The notes under the pieces are model-generated. The model was not told where the DNA came from. It did not search any database and saw only the letters and a program-made list of their open reading frames with translations. The translations under genes were made by a program, and so were the position numbers. From assembly GCA_048886685.1 (NCBI GenBank), contig JBHLKM010000004.1, forward strand, positions 50,486 to 114,485: DNA of 64,000 bases. The letters are read 5' to 3'. The DNA is from Candidatus Hodarchaeota archaeon (GTDB lineage Archaea > Asgardarchaeota > Lokiarchaeia > Sigyniarchaeales > SOKP01). Each line of letters opens with the position of its first letter. Positions within the stretch are counted from its first letter, which is position 1. Below are positions 40,454-51,625 of this stretch, piece by piece.

Positions 40454-41083
40454 TTACTTCCTACAATAATGGATAAAATTTTGATACATCTTTATCCCAT
40501 ATTTACTTGATTTTTCGGGATGAAATTGAGTAGCAACAATATTATCCTTACAGACTATAGAACAATATTCAATTTCTCCATAATTAGTTTTTCCTAAGAT
40601 TCTTTCTTTTTCTTTAGGTATTGCATAAAAACTATGGACAAAATAAAAAAAAGCGTTATTTGGAATTTCTTTCACTAGAAAGTGGTTATCATCTATAATT
40701 TGAACATTATTCCAACCAATTTGAGGGATTTTATTTACCATTGTCTTATCAAATGATATTACTTCACCTTTGATTAGATCTAATCCCCCATGTGTTCCCA
40801 TTTCAGAACTTTTAGAAAATAATAGATGTAGTCCAAGGCATATACCAAATAAAGGCTTTTTATCATTTATAATATCTTTAATTATTTTAACAAGGTTTTT
40901 TTTATTCAACTGTTTCATTGCATCTCCAAAAGCTCCTACTCCCGGTAAAATGATTCCATCAGCATCTCGAATCTTTTTTGGATCTGAGGTAATGACGCTT
41001 TCTATCTCTAAATAGCGAAAAAGTTTATAGATGCTTTTAAGATTTCCCATCTCATAATCTATAATGGCAATATTAAAAGGCAT
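40454..41083 (-). CDS. hisH: imidazole glycerol phosphate synthase glutaminase subunit
   Basis: GNLKS, LPGVGAF, GICLG, YFVHSF, QFHPEKS. Confidence 0.93.
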   Translation of the reverse strand: MPFNIAIIDYEMGNLKSIYKLFRYLEIESVITSDPKKIRDADGIILPGVGAFGDAMKQLNKKNLVKIIKDIINDKKPLFGICLGLHLLFSKSSEMGTHGGLDLIKGEVISFDKTMVNKIPQIGWNNVQIIDDNHFLVKEIPNNAFFYFVHSFYAIPKEKERILGKTNYGEIEYCSIVCKDNIVATQFHPEKSSKYGIKMYQNFIHYCRK

Positions 41084-41086
41084 AAT

Positions 41087-41914
41087 TTATAACCTCATAG
41101 GTATTCCAACTTTACAACACTCCTGTTTTACAAGCTCTATTGGATATTCGTTATAGTGAAAAATTGAAGCTGCTAATGCGGCATCAGCTTTACCAAGTTT
41201 GAATACATCTATAATATGCTGAGGAGTTCCCGCACCTCCGGAAGCAATTATTGGAACATCTAACCTTTCACTAAATACTCTTGTTAATTCTAAATCGTAC
41301 CCACTTTTAGTTCCATCGCAATCCATAGATGTCAATAGAATTTCTCCACTTCCTAAGTTAGTAGCTTCTTCACCCCATAAAACAGCATCTTTTCCTGTAG
41401 GAGTTCTTCCCCCATGAATAAAAACCTCCCACCAACAATATTTATCATCGACTTGAACGACGCTATGTTGTGTGGCTTCTTCAGGAATTTCTACATAAAC
41501 TCTTTTAGCATCTATTGCAGTTACAATGCATTGAGAGCCGAAAATCTTTGAGTTTTCTTTTATTACATTAGGATTCTGAACAGCAGCAGTATTTAAAGAG
41601 ACTTTATCGGCTCCTGCCCTTAATATTTCTTTAATATCTTGAGCAGTTCTTAATCCACCTCCCACAGTAAATGGAATAAAAACTTGCTCTCCTGTTCGCT
41701 CAACTAAGTCGATAAGTATTTTCCTTTTGTCTGAAGATGCTGTAATATCTAAGAAAACTAATTCATCTGCGCCTTGTTCATCATAAAATTTCCCCAATTC
41801 TATAGGATCTCCAGCATCTCGTAAATTTATGAATTTGGTACCTTTTACCACTCTTGCTTTATTTGAACTGGTAGTAACGTCTAAACAAGGAATAATACGT
41901 TTAGTTAATGGCAT
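41087..41914 (-). CDS. hisF: imidazole glycerol phosphate synthase cyclase subunit
   Basis: [43 protein letters not shown]. Start set to MPLTKR. Confidence 0.94.
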   Translation of the reverse strand: MPLTKRIIPCLDVTTSSNKARVVKGTKFINLRDAGDPIELGKFYDEQGADELVFLDITASSDKRKILIDLVERTGEQVFIPFTVGGGLRTAQDIKEILRAGADKVSLNTAAVQNPNVIKENSKIFGSQCIVTAIDAKRVYVEIPEEATQHSVVQVDDKYCWWEVFIHGGRTPTGKDAVLWGEEATNLGSGEILLTSMDCDGTKSGYDLELTRVFSERLDVPIIASGGAGTPQHIIDVFKLGKADAALAASIFHYNEYPIELVKQECCKVGIPMRL

Positions 41915-42021
41915 TATTATGAGTCTTAATGTTTTTAAGCTTAGGTAATACAAAAAATGTATTAAAATAAATCTTATTACATCATTTTTTATTTGATTTA
42001 ATTTAATATTAAACCTAATGG

Positions 42022-43092
42022 TTATAACAAGCCAGGTATTTGTTCTCTTTCAAATCGTTTCATCGTTATTGCATCACTGGGACATGTTACAGCACATAAA
42101 CCACATCCAATACACTTTTCTGAATTTACACTAGCAAATTCATTTACAGTAATTGCATTAAATTTACATCGATCAACACAAGTCTCACATGCAGTACATG
42201 CATCCTTGTCTATGCTTGATATAAAATTCGCCCTAGCTATAGCTCTTGGATTATCAAATTCAGTTAAACCTCTCAACATTCCACAACAACATTCACAACA
42301 GGAACATATCACACTGGTAAATTTCGCTGTGTTGTCAGTTGCCAGGACGAGCCCTACTTCTGCGGACTGTCTCATAATTTCTTTAGCTTCTTGTTTTGAG
42401 ATTTTTTTCTTACCAGGATCTTCACCTAGTAATTCAGCACCAGGACCTATTTGAAGGCAATTATGAAGTGGATATTTATCAGTACATTCTCTAACACCAC
42501 TAATTCCTGCTCTTAATCGACATGGACAAGCGATAACTGCAAAAGAACTATATTTATCAATTATACTATAGACTTCTTCTAGGGGAATAATTTCATGCTC
42601 TGGGTCAATTTCTTCACTAACAGTTAAAACTCTCATATATGGTGTACCTTTCCAAGAAGTCTCCCACTTCTTGTAATATTTATCTTCTATGAAGAATTTT
42701 CTACTTAAATCAGCAAAGTTCTTAGCATCTGGTCCCTCATAATTCTCTTTGACTATGAAAGGAACATCGTACATCATAAAAGGATCAAGTAAAGAATATA
42801 GTTTTCCACGGGTTACTATAAATCGTTTTCTACTAACCTCATCAAGCTTCTCGATTAATTCTTCTTTATCAATATTTACTTGATTAGCAAATTCTGTAAT
42901 TTGTATCGCTTCGGGGAAAACAGGGAGAAGTTGAACAATTTTTGCTATTTCAGGACTATACATAAGGCTTAAATATTCGATATATGTTTCAGTAGGTTCA
43001 TCATTTTCGTCTGTTGGAATAGAATGTGGTTTCCTTATCAGCTTTTTGGCAATCTTTATTAAATCTTCTTTATGCTTATCGTCTACTATCAT
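42022..43092 (-). CDS. 4Fe-4S dicluster domain protein with Cys-rich CSCCECCC region
   Basis: [14 protein letters not shown], two C-terminal ferredoxin motifs. Start set to MIVDD to avoid overlap with hypF. Confidence 0.85.
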   Translation of the reverse strand: MIVDDKHKEDLIKIAKKLIRKPHSIPTDENDEPTETYIEYLSLMYSPEIAKIVQLLPVFPEAIQITEFANQVNIDKEELIEKLDEVSRKRFIVTRGKLYSLLDPFMMYDVPFIVKENYEGPDAKNFADLSRKFFIEDKYYKKWETSWKGTPYMRVLTVSEEIDPEHEIIPLEEVYSIIDKYSSFAVIACPCRLRAGISGVRECTDKYPLHNCLQIGPGAELLGEDPGKKKISKQEAKEIMRQSAEVGLVLATDNTAKFTSVICSCCECCCGMLRGLTEFDNPRAIARANFISSIDKDACTACETCVDRCKFNAITVNEFASVNSEKCIGCGLCAVTCPSDAITMKRFEREQIPGLL

Positions 43093-43162
43093 TTTTCTCA
43101 AACTATTTGAATAATTTATATTATATTTTTTATAATTGCCTACAATATTAATAATCTTTCTC

Positions 43163-45565
43163 TTACTCTTTGTTGTAAGCGAATAAACCTCCAATTAATT
43201 GTCCAGAACTTATTCCAGCATCTCCAGGGGGGATAGTATTGTGTTCTAAAAAAGTAAAACCGCATTTTAAAATTTTCTCCTTTATGATATTGGAGAAAGA
43301 ATAATTATATGCAACTCCTCCAGTTAATCCAATTTTATTAATATTATTCTCCTTTGCGATTTTTATGCCTATTTCAGCAAATGTTTTTCCTAACTCAATT
43401 TGAAACTTGGCAGCAATATCCTCATTTTTTAATTTACATTCCTCTAATAAAGAAATAAGGTTGACTACTAAATCTGATGTTTTAATTAAATACATACCAT
43501 CTTTCTTGGTGAATCCTATTTTAAGCTCAACTTTAGCAGGATTTCCTTTCATAGCCATTCCTTCTAACCTCAAAGCAGGTTCTCCTCTATAAGTTTTTAT
43601 TTTTGAGGCTCCTAACAAGTAAGATACCGTATCAAAAATTCTTCCTGTAGAGCTTGTCAATGGGATATTTTGTGAAGGGAATTGATCTTTTGCTTGCTTA
43701 AATTGAGAAGTTAATGTTTTCAATTCAGTACTTTTATACTCAAGATCATTTTCCAATTTGAGTTTTTGAAAAATCTTATCTGATTCCTCTATTCCTAGTG
43801 AGTTTAGGATAATTGATGCTGCCATACGAGCAGGATACTTTGTACATCGATCTCCTCCAATCATAGGTTGATATTCTAACTGACCTAAACGTTTATAATC
43901 ATTATAAGAAGATAATAATACTTCACCACCCCAAATATTACCATCTTCACCATAACCAACACCATCAGTGGAAATTCCTATTATTCTATCGTCTTTTTCT
44001 ACATTATTCTCAGCCATCAATGAGAGGAGATGAGCATAATGATGTTGTATTTTATATAATTCACACTTAAATCGTTTTCCAAGTTCTTTAGCGAATTTAG
44101 TTGTAATAAATTCTGGATGAATATCGCACGCTACAAATTTAACCTCAGAATCTTTAATTTGGAGTAAATTTTTTAAATGATATAAAGCGTCCTTTAAAAA
44201 TTCAAAGGTCTCTAAGTGAGTGATATTTCCTATATGTTGTGTGGGGAAAATTCTGTTTCGTCTTAATATCGCACCTGTCACTGTTAATAATGGTCCTGTG
44301 GCAATAGCCCCTGGGACATCTACTTCGAATGGTAAAGGTATATATTCAGGTACATAACCTCTAGAACGCCTTATTAACTTTACTTTTCCGTCATGAATTC
44401 TTAACACACTGTCATCGGCTCTTTGATAAATAGGTCTATTATGAAGAAGAAAAACATCAACAAGTCCTTCTAGCTGATCAAAAATTTTTGTATTTTCTAG
44501 AGACATAGGAATATAGGATTTATTCCCACTTGTATATATTAATGGTTTTTCTCCAATATAATCAAATAAAAGATGATGTATACCAGAATAAGGAAGCATT
44601 ACTCCGACATTATGCAAACCTGGAGCAACTTGTTTACTTACAAAGGAATTTTCATTTGATTTTATTTTTTCTAATAAAACTATTGGTCTTCGGAAGGAGG
44701 TTAATAACTCAATCTCTTTTTTTGAGATTTTTAAAAAGTTTTCAACAATTTTTAGGTTTGGAAGCATTAAAGCAAACGGTTTATTCTTTCTTTCACCCTT
44801 TCTTTTGCGTAATTTAAGGATAATATCGTCATTGTCAGCTAAACAAACTAAATGAACTCCTCCTATACCCTTAATAGCGACAATATTACCATCAACTATT
44901 ATTTTGGCTGTTTCCTTCAAAATATTTTCTATTGATCCATTTTTAAGTAAATCTCCCTGTTTGCTATAAAGTGTATAATGTGGTCCACACACAGAACACG
45001 CAAAAGTTTGAGCATGAAATCTTCTATTATTGAAATCTGAATATTCTTGAATGCAAGACATTGGTTCAGCTTGGGAACAAAATGGAAAATTTATCATTGT
45101 GCTACGTTCCCTATCATAAGGTAATTCAGTTACGGTAGTAAACCTTGGACCACAAACAGCACACGCGATGAAAGGATAATTATAATATTTCTTTTGGTGA
45201 GAATTTCGCATATCTTTTAAACAGTTATCACAGATTGCAATATCAGGAGGCAGTGTTAAACTAATACCACGTCCTTCTTCACTTTTATGGATTTCCAAAG
45301 TCTTAAACTCTCGTGAATCTTCAAGATAATTTACTTCAATATTCTCTATAAATGAAATATTAGGCTTCTTTAACCTAATATTTTCTAAAAATTTGCTTAA
45401 AATTTTAGCAGGTCCTTGTAGAACTAATCTAACTCCTGCATTCCCTCTATTTAGTATATAGCCATTTAGATTTAAGGAACGAGCTAAATTATAAAGAAAT
45501 GGTCTAAATCCTACTCCTTGGACAATACCCGTTATATTAATTTCTGCTGTTTTATAATCCTTCAA
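43163..45565 (-). CDS. hypF: carbamoyltransferase HypF
   Basis: VQGVGFRPF, CxxCGPRF, RRFHAQ, KGIGG, QHHYAH, DGVGYG, SSTGRIFD. Confidence 0.95.
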   Translation of the reverse strand: MKDYKTAEINITGIVQGVGFRPFLYNLARSLNLNGYILNRGNAGVRLVLQGPAKILSKFLENIRLKKPNISFIENIEVNYLEDSREFKTLEIHKSEEGRGISLTLPPDIAICDNCLKDMRNSHQKKYYNYPFIACAVCGPRFTTVTELPYDRERSTMINFPFCSQAEPMSCIQEYSDFNNRRFHAQTFACSVCGPHYTLYSKQGDLLKNGSIENILKETAKIIVDGNIVAIKGIGGVHLVCLADNDDIILKLRKRKGERKNKPFALMLPNLKIVENFLKISKKEIELLTSFRRPIVLLEKIKSNENSFVSKQVAPGLHNVGVMLPYSGIHHLLFDYIGEKPLIYTSGNKSYIPMSLENTKIFDQLEGLVDVFLLHNRPIYQRADDSVLRIHDGKVKLIRRSRGYVPEYIPLPFEVDVPGAIATGPLLTVTGAILRRNRIFPTQHIGNITHLETFEFLKDALYHLKNLLQIKDSEVKFVACDIHPEFITTKFAKELGKRFKCELYKIQHHYAHLLSLMAENNVEKDDRIIGISTDGVGYGEDGNIWGGEVLLSSYNDYKRLGQLEYQPMIGGDRCTKYPARMAASIILNSLGIEESDKIFQKLKLENDLEYKSTELKTLTSQFKQAKDQFPSQNIPLTSSTGRIFDTVSYLLGASKIKTYRGEPALRLEGMAMKGNPAKVELKIGFTKKDGMYLIKTSDLVVNLISLLEECKLKNEDIAAKFQIELGKTFAEIGIKIAKENNINKIGLTGGVAYNYSFSNIIKEKILKCGFTFLEHNTIPPGDAGISSGQLIGGLFAYNKE

Positions 45566-45714
45566 TTAAGTATATTCGAACTTTCATATTAAATTTAAAT
45601 CTAAATTAATTAATAATCGTTATAAAAAAAAGCTAATATTTTATTATTATAAGTATTATTAGTTTAAGATCTTGTTTTAAAACCAATTAATATATGAAGT
45701 AGTGAGATTTTAAA

Positions 45715-46587
45715 ATGGATATCAAAGAGAATAGATGGGAAGTTCCTTTCCATAAGGCTTTTTTCAAAACTAGTCATAATTCGTATGAACATTCTATAAG
45801 AGAACAATTAAACAAAGGAGTCAGAGGTCTTGAATATGATATCCATGATGATAAAATACAAGAATTAGGAGATTTTGAAGTATATCATTTGCAAAACAAC
45901 ATTGATGTACTCCTCGGAAAAGAAGGTAATCCAAATGATTATTTGTTTTCTAATTGGCTTAAAGTTCTAAATGATTGGTCTAATGACCAAAATAAAGAGC
46001 ATGCCCCAATCACTCTTTTTGTAGAACTTAAAGATAATATTATTGATTCAAACAATGAACCAGACGAGTTGTTTGGAATCAAGAAATTAAATAAACTAAT
46101 TACGAGTTCATTTGAATATCGAACTCTTTTTACTTTTAATGATTTTAAAGAAAATGATTTTAAATGGCCAACAGTTAAAGAATTAAAAGGTTGTATTTTA
46201 ATCGTACTCGTTAGCTATTGGGGAGGATATTGGGCTGCAAGTGAAGGGGGATTCGATTCAAGATTAAAATATTTAAACAATTGTCTGGAGGGTAAAGATG
46301 ATGTCTGTTTTGTTTCATGGGTTCAAGAAGATAAAGGAACTGGAGTATCCCATCTTAAGGAAAATGCTCAATTTTGGAAATGTAGCCTAGATTATAGTAC
46401 CAAAAATTTTTCTGAGAATATTAAGTCTCAAAGATTAACTAGAGCAGATTTTGATAAAATAGTATGGGGAAGACATGTGAAAACCTATTTTAGCAAAAAT
46501 TATGAAAAAGGTTATCGTTGTAATTTTCCTGCTACAGATGCTTGGAGAACTGATAAATATGCTTCTTGTTTTCCATGGTCGGTTTAA
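45715..46587 (+). CDS. PI-specific phospholipase C-like (PI-PLC X / GDPD superfamily) phosphodiesterase
   Basis: SHNSY, GVRGLEYDIH, VYH, HAPITLFVELKD, WPTVKELKG. Confidence 0.75.
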   Translation: MDIKENRWEVPFHKAFFKTSHNSYEHSIREQLNKGVRGLEYDIHDDKIQELGDFEVYHLQNNIDVLLGKEGNPNDYLFSNWLKVLNDWSNDQNKEHAPITLFVELKDNIIDSNNEPDELFGIKKLNKLITSSFEYRTLFTFNDFKENDFKWPTVKELKGCILIVLVSYWGGYWAASEGGFDSRLKYLNNCLEGKDDVCFVSWVQEDKGTGVSHLKENAQFWKCSLDYSTKNFSENIKSQRLTRADFDKIVWGRHVKTYFSKNYEKGYRCNFPATDAWRTDKYASCFPWSV

Positions 46588-47687
46588 AAATTATTGTTAC
46601 TATGATATTTATAATAGATGCTACATGTTCCCTCTAGGGAAACCATACAAGGACCAATAGGATTAAGAGGTGTACATTCCTTCCTAAATAATTTACATTC
46701 ATAAGGGTAAAGTTTACCGACCATTATTAAGTGACAAGAACACCCAGGTGGAATATCTTGAGACTTTTCGATTTTTATATCAAATTTCTTATCAGCATCA
46801 AATTTTTGATATTTTTCTCTAATAATTAATCCACCATCATATACCCTTCCAATCCCCCTCCATGGGGATGACACTGGTTGAAAAACATCATCGATGACTT
46901 TTTGGGCTATAATATTCCCTTCAGGCTTCACCACTCTTGAATATTCATTTATTGTATCAAATTTTTTATCTCTTACTTGCTTTAAAAGCATTAAAATAGA
47001 GAGCAATACATCATTCGGCTCAAAACCAGAAATCACATTAGGAATTTTATACCCTTGCGAAAAGATTTCATATGGTTTTAATCCTATAATAGTTGATACA
47101 TGACCAGGAGATATAAAACCGTCTATCCTTAACTGGGATTGACTCATTAAAAGCTCCAAAGCGGCTGGGATCAATTTATGGGCACAAATTACTGAAAAAT
47201 TTGAGGGAGGTTCGGATTGTAATTCATATCCAATTAAGGGTACAGTAGTTTCAAAACCTATAGCAAAAAATATCACTTCTTTATCTGGATTTTGTTTAGC
47301 AATCTTAATTGCATCATGTGGACCATAAACAATTCGAATGTCTGCACCTTTTGCTTTGAGTTCAGCTAGAGATATATTTGTCGCAGGAACTCGTATCATA
47401 TCACCAAAAGTAGTTATTATCGTATCATCTCTTCTCCCAAGCTCAACAGCTTTATCAATATCAGCAGCAGGACAAATACAGACAGGGCATCCCGGACCAG
47501 ACAATATTTCAATTTCTTTAGGTAGAATCGTTCTTAACCCATATTTAGAAATAGTGTGTTCATGGGTTCCACAGACATGCATAAACTTAATAGGCTTGTT
47601 TATTTCTTTAATTATTTTGTTTATTCCTTTTATAACCTTATCAGTAAAATCTTTACTCCTTAGAATATTCAATCCTGGAACTTCCAT
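46584..47687 (-). CDS. hypD: hydrogenase maturation protein HypD
   Basis: CGTH, GPGCPVC, GFETT, PGHVST, GPCMVS.EGTC. Confidence 0.96.
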   Translation of the reverse strand: MEVPGLNILRSKDFTDKVIKGINKIIKEINKPIKFMHVCGTHEHTISKYGLRTILPKEIEILSGPGCPVCICPAADIDKAVELGRRDDTIITTFGDMIRVPATNISLAELKAKGADIRIVYGPHDAIKIAKQNPDKEVIFFAIGFETTVPLIGYELQSEPPSNFSVICAHKLIPAALELLMSQSQLRIDGFISPGHVSTIIGLKPYEIFSQGYKIPNVISGFEPNDVLLSILMLLKQVRDKKFDTINEYSRVVKPEGNIIAQKVIDDVFQPVSSPWRGIGRVYDGGLIIREKYQKFDADKKFDIKIEKSQDIPPGCSCHLIMVGKLYPYECKLFRKECTPLNPIGPCMVSLEGTCSIYYKYHSNNNF

Positions 47688-47699
47688 TTTTTACACCTT

Positions 47700-48752
47700 T
47701 TAGCAAATTCGCGGTATCGGTTCTCCCAAGGGCATGTCAACAAATCGGGTACCTCCTACTATCGTTCTTAACAATACTCTTTTGGGATTTTCAGGTTTCA
47801 CTTCTCCAATTATTTTAGCTTCTTTTCCAATTTGAGTAGATTTTATTTTCTCTAAAACGTTTTCTGATTTTGCGGGATCAACCGCTAAGAGAGCCCTTCC
47901 TTCACATGCTATATTATAAGGATCCAATCCTAACATATCACAAATTGCTGAAACTTGTTTTTTAACTGGAACCTTTTCTTCCTCAATCCATATGCTAACA
48001 TTTGATTTTTGAGCCCAATCATTTAAAGTAGCAGCAATACCACCACGAGTGGGATCCTTCATCGCATGAATTAAGTTATTATTAATTTCATGCTTGATCG
48101 CATTATAAATTTCAAGCAGTAAAGAGATATCTGATTTTAAATCAGTTGAGATATTCAGTCCTTCACGAGAAGCCATCAATGCAGTCCCATGATCTCCAAT
48201 ACTCCCAGTTAAAATAATTTTATCACCTGCTTTTAGATGACTATCTAAAATCTTGATGCTTTTATCTTTAATACCAATACCCGTTGTAGCTATTATTATT
48301 TCATTTAATGTACCTCTTGGCATTACCTTAGTATCTCCCGCAATTATAGCAATATTCGCTTCCTTTGTTTTCAAATTCATAGAATTAACCAACTTTCCTA
48401 ATTTTTCAAATTCAAATCCTTCTTCAATGATTATCATGGAAGTTAGAGCAATAGGTTCTGCTCCCATCATAATAAGGTCATTTACAGTACCACATACACT
48501 TAATGTTCCTAGATCACCGCCAGGAAAAAATAAAGGAAAAACCGTATGACCATCTGCAGTAACCACAATTTCTTTATTATAGCCATCTAAAGGGATAGTA
48601 GCACCATCATCTAATTCTTCGACACCTATACCATTATTTGCTTTTTTAAATGGTATATCTTTTGTAATAAAATCAATTAGTTTTTCTTGTAAAACTCCAC
48701 CAGCTCCGTGTGCCAAACGGATTACATCTGAGCTCTCTTTTTTTTCACTCAT
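47700..48752 (-). CDS. hypE: carbamoyl dehydratase HypE
   Basis: AHGAGG, FFPGGDLG, GDTKV, DPTRGG, C-terminal PRIC. Confidence 0.96.
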   Translation of the reverse strand: MSEKKESSDVIRLAHGAGGVLQEKLIDFITKDIPFKKANNGIGVEELDDGATIPLDGYNKEIVVTADGHTVFPLFFPGGDLGTLSVCGTVNDLIMMGAEPIALTSMIIIEEGFEFEKLGKLVNSMNLKTKEANIAIIAGDTKVMPRGTLNEIIIATTGIGIKDKSIKILDSHLKAGDKIILTGSIGDHGTALMASREGLNISTDLKSDISLLLEIYNAIKHEINNNLIHAMKDPTRGGIAATLNDWAQKSNVSIWIEEEKVPVKKQVSAICDMLGLDPYNIACEGRALLAVDPAKSENVLEKIKSTQIGKEAKIIGEVKPENPKRVLLRTIVGGTRFVDMPLGEPIPRIC

Positions 48753-48978
48753 AATAAAAAAAAAGAAATGACAATTAAAAGAATTTAGTTGTTTTTGTAG
48801 AAGTGCAAACTAAGTTTTTTAAAATCAATTTAAGTAATTGTTTTACATTTTTTTATAGAATTTATTTGAGAAAGAGTAATTTTTTAATAATTTTAACAAT
48901 AAACTATCTCAACTAATTTTTTTTATTACAAATTAGCTATTCTAAATTAAAAAAAAAATACAAAAAAATTGATGAAAA

Positions 48979-50283
48979 ATGGTAAAAGTGGCTTTTATGC
49001 AACTTTCCGATTGTTGGGGGTGCCATCAATCCTTATTAAATACTCATTTAGGATTGTTACCTGTTCTTCCAGCACTCGAGATTGTTTATTGGCCAGCTGT
49101 AGTAGACTTTAAAGATGATTCATTGAAAGCGAGAGAGGATGGTTCGATTTTAGTCGGTTTTATTGAAGGATCTATAAGAACTAAAGAAGATCTTGAAAGT
49201 GTTAAATTAATGAGGCATAAATGTGCTCTCATTATAGCATTTGGTTCTTGTGCTTGTTATGGAAACGTAGCTGGATTAGCTAACCAGTGGGATATTGAAG
49301 AATGTCAAAACCGAAAATTCTTAGAGGTTGAATCTGCAACTGAACCGAAGATTCCAACTCAACATGTACCTGGATTTCAAGATAAAATCGTAAATGTTGA
49401 TGAAATAATTAACGTAGATGCTTATATCTCAGGATGTCCACCAAAACCAGAAGGTATAGTCTCCGCAGTAGCATTTCTGTTAGGACAAAAACCTTTCCCT
49501 CTGAATGATCTAGCATTTTGTAATGATTGCAGTATTAAAAATGATTGTTTATTAGATGCGGGAAAATTTTGTTTTGGATCAATTACTAGTATAGGATGTA
49601 GTTTAAAATGTACTACTAATGGAAACCCATGTGTTGGTTGCTTTGGTCCAGCAAAAACGGTAGATTCAAGAGCTGAGAAGTTAAACAGTATGTCGAAAAA
49701 TCTGACATCAATTAGTTCAGGGGATAAAAAGAATTTGTATGAGTTTTTAACTCTATTCTTAAATATTCCGCTGATGGCAGGATTTGATTTAGCTGGAGAT
49801 ATATTAAAACAAGTCAAAAGATATGGAAGTCCTAAAACCCCTTTAGCAAATTTACCTCCAACAACGGAGGAAATTGCAGGGGAATTAATGGTTTTCTTGA
49901 GAGATAATCCGGATTTCATTGAAATATCAAATGTCTGCGACACATGTCCTAGAATCATAGGAAGTAAATCTACGATGACAAGAGTTAAAAGAGATTATGA
50001 AGGACTACCTAATATGGATGATTGTCTTATTGAACAAGGTTATATCTGTATGGGTCCTGTCACTAAAGCTGGCTGTGGTGGTATGTGTATAAAGGTTAAT
50101 GCTCCGTGTTCTGGCTGTTTTGGTCAGACAGAGTGGGGTGTTAATCAAGCAGAGAGATTTGCAGATACAGTATTAAAACAATTTAATGTGAGCTTATCGA
50201 AGGATGATCTACTTGCTCAAGTAAAAGATCCCATTGGTACTTTTGAAAAATTCACATTAGCATCAAGAAAAGGAGGCGTATAA
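48979..50283 (+). CDS. vhuG: F420-non-reducing [NiFe(Se)] hydrogenase small subunit with duplicated C-terminal Fe-S domain
   Basis: CWGC, EGS, GSCA, GCPP; two copies of CxxC..C.G..T..GC...C.....PC.GC.G. Confidence 0.88.
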   Translation: MVKVAFMQLSDCWGCHQSLLNTHLGLLPVLPALEIVYWPAVVDFKDDSLKAREDGSILVGFIEGSIRTKEDLESVKLMRHKCALIIAFGSCACYGNVAGLANQWDIEECQNRKFLEVESATEPKIPTQHVPGFQDKIVNVDEIINVDAYISGCPPKPEGIVSAVAFLLGQKPFPLNDLAFCNDCSIKNDCLLDAGKFCFGSITSIGCSLKCTTNGNPCVGCFGPAKTVDSRAEKLNSMSKNLTSISSGDKKNLYEFLTLFLNIPLMAGFDLAGDILKQVKRYGSPKTPLANLPPTTEEIAGELMVFLRDNPDFIEISNVCDTCPRIIGSKSTMTRVKRDYEGLPNMDDCLIEQGYICMGPVTKAGCGGMCIKVNAPCSGCFGQTEWGVNQAERFADTVLKQFNVSLSKDDLLAQVKDPIGTFEKFTLASRKGGV

Positions 50284-50287
50284 AAAA

Positions 50288-51592
50288 ATGGTAAAAGAGA
50301 TAGAAGTAGAGCCAGTCACTCGATTAGAGGGACATGGTGGTCTGAGATTAGTTTTAGGTGACGATGGAAAAGTACAAAGTGTACAATTTAACATCACTTC
50401 GACGAGATTTTTTGAAAAATTTCTTGAAGGACGTTATTGTGAACATATCCCAAGAATAACACCTAGAATTTGCGGTATTTGTCCCATTCCTCATCATCTG
50501 ACACCAACTAAAGCTGTAGAAGATGCTTGGGGTGTACAGATTCCTCCTGCGGCATATAAATTACGACAATTATTGCAGAACGCAAAACAATATTCATCAC
50601 ATGCATTGCATTTCTATGCACTCGCAGCCCCTGATTTCTTATTAGGACCTATGGCTGACCCTGCATTAAGAAATGTTGTCCATGTTATTAACAAAATGCC
50701 AGATGTAGGTGCAATGGCATTAAAAATGATGGATTTTGGTCAAAAATTATGTCAGGTAATTGGTGGAAAATCAGTACACCCAATTTCAGCTATTGTTGGT
50801 GGTATGAAGAAACCTATGGATGAAAGTGCAAGGGATTTGTTTTTAAAACAAATTGAGGATCAAGTTGAATGGACAAAAAAGACTGTTGATATCGGTTTAA
50901 AAGTAGTTGAAGATTACTGGGATGTCGTTGCTAATGTTGGAGTTGTTCCTACTTATTACGTTGGTTTGACAAAAAACGGTGTTCATGATATTTATGATGG
51001 GGATATTAGAATTGTCTCTCCTACTGGAGAAAAATTCGATTATGCTCCTCAAAAATATCTAGATGCCTTAGGTGAACATATTCCAGAACACTCTTATGCA
51101 ACTCATATGTATTATAAACCTGCAGGATATCCTGAGGGAATTTACCGAGCAAATACATTAGCAATGATTAACGCAGCCGATAAAATGGCAACTCCTTTAG
51201 CTGATGAGGCACTACAAGCAATGAGAGCAAAAATTGGGAATGTACCTCATCATACATTTGCGTATCATTGGGCTCGATTAATCGAGTTAGTTGAGTCGAT
51301 TGAAGTTATTGCAACATTGCTTCAAGATGATGATATTGTTAATCCCGATTGCAAAACATTGGATGTTCAACCTAAAGAAGGGAATGGTGTCGGAGTTACT
51401 GAAGCTCCAAGGGGTTTACTTTTATATAATATATGGTCTGATGCTGAAGGTATCTGCAAGAAAGCAAACCTCTTAGTAGCAACCAACCACAATATTGCGG
51501 GAATCGAAAAGACATTAATGCATGTTGCTAAACAAGTATTTGAAGACAAAGCGCTAGAAGGATTAAAATTACCAGATCCATGGATTAAATAA
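50288..51592 (+). CDS. vhuA: F420-non-reducing hydrogenase large subunit, lacking the C-terminal L2 motif
   Basis: TRLEGHG, RICGICP L1 motif, EAPRG; ends without DPCxxCxxH, which VhuU supplies. Confidence 0.92.
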   Translation: MVKEIEVEPVTRLEGHGGLRLVLGDDGKVQSVQFNITSTRFFEKFLEGRYCEHIPRITPRICGICPIPHHLTPTKAVEDAWGVQIPPAAYKLRQLLQNAKQYSSHALHFYALAAPDFLLGPMADPALRNVVHVINKMPDVGAMALKMMDFGQKLCQVIGGKSVHPISAIVGGMKKPMDESARDLFLKQIEDQVEWTKKTVDIGLKVVEDYWDVVANVGVVPTYYVGLTKNGVHDIYDGDIRIVSPTGEKFDYAPQKYLDALGEHIPEHSYATHMYYKPAGYPEGIYRANTLAMINAADKMATPLADEALQAMRAKIGNVPHHTFAYHWARLIELVESIEVIATLLQDDDIVNPDCKTLDVQPKEGNGVGVTEAPRGLLLYNIWSDAEGICKKANLLVATNHNIAGIEKTLMHVAKQVFEDKALEGLKLPDPWIK

Positions 51593-51625
51593 ACTAAATC
51601 AAAATTTAGAGTGTGAAGAAAAAAG

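Noticed and set aside
43093-43194. Track's N-terminal extension of the 4Fe-4S protein (likewise korB 2716, hisF 41953, hdrB 52404)
   Set aside because: The extensions overlap neighbouring genes or AT-rich spacers; downstream ATGs fit family N-termini and SD positions better.
49422-49958. Antisense and shadow ORFs (this 178-aa one, also 619..852, 6972..7346, 15454..15843, 17556..17924, 20491..20859, 47338..47703 and others)
   Set aside because: They lie opposite or within well-supported genes and show no family motifs.
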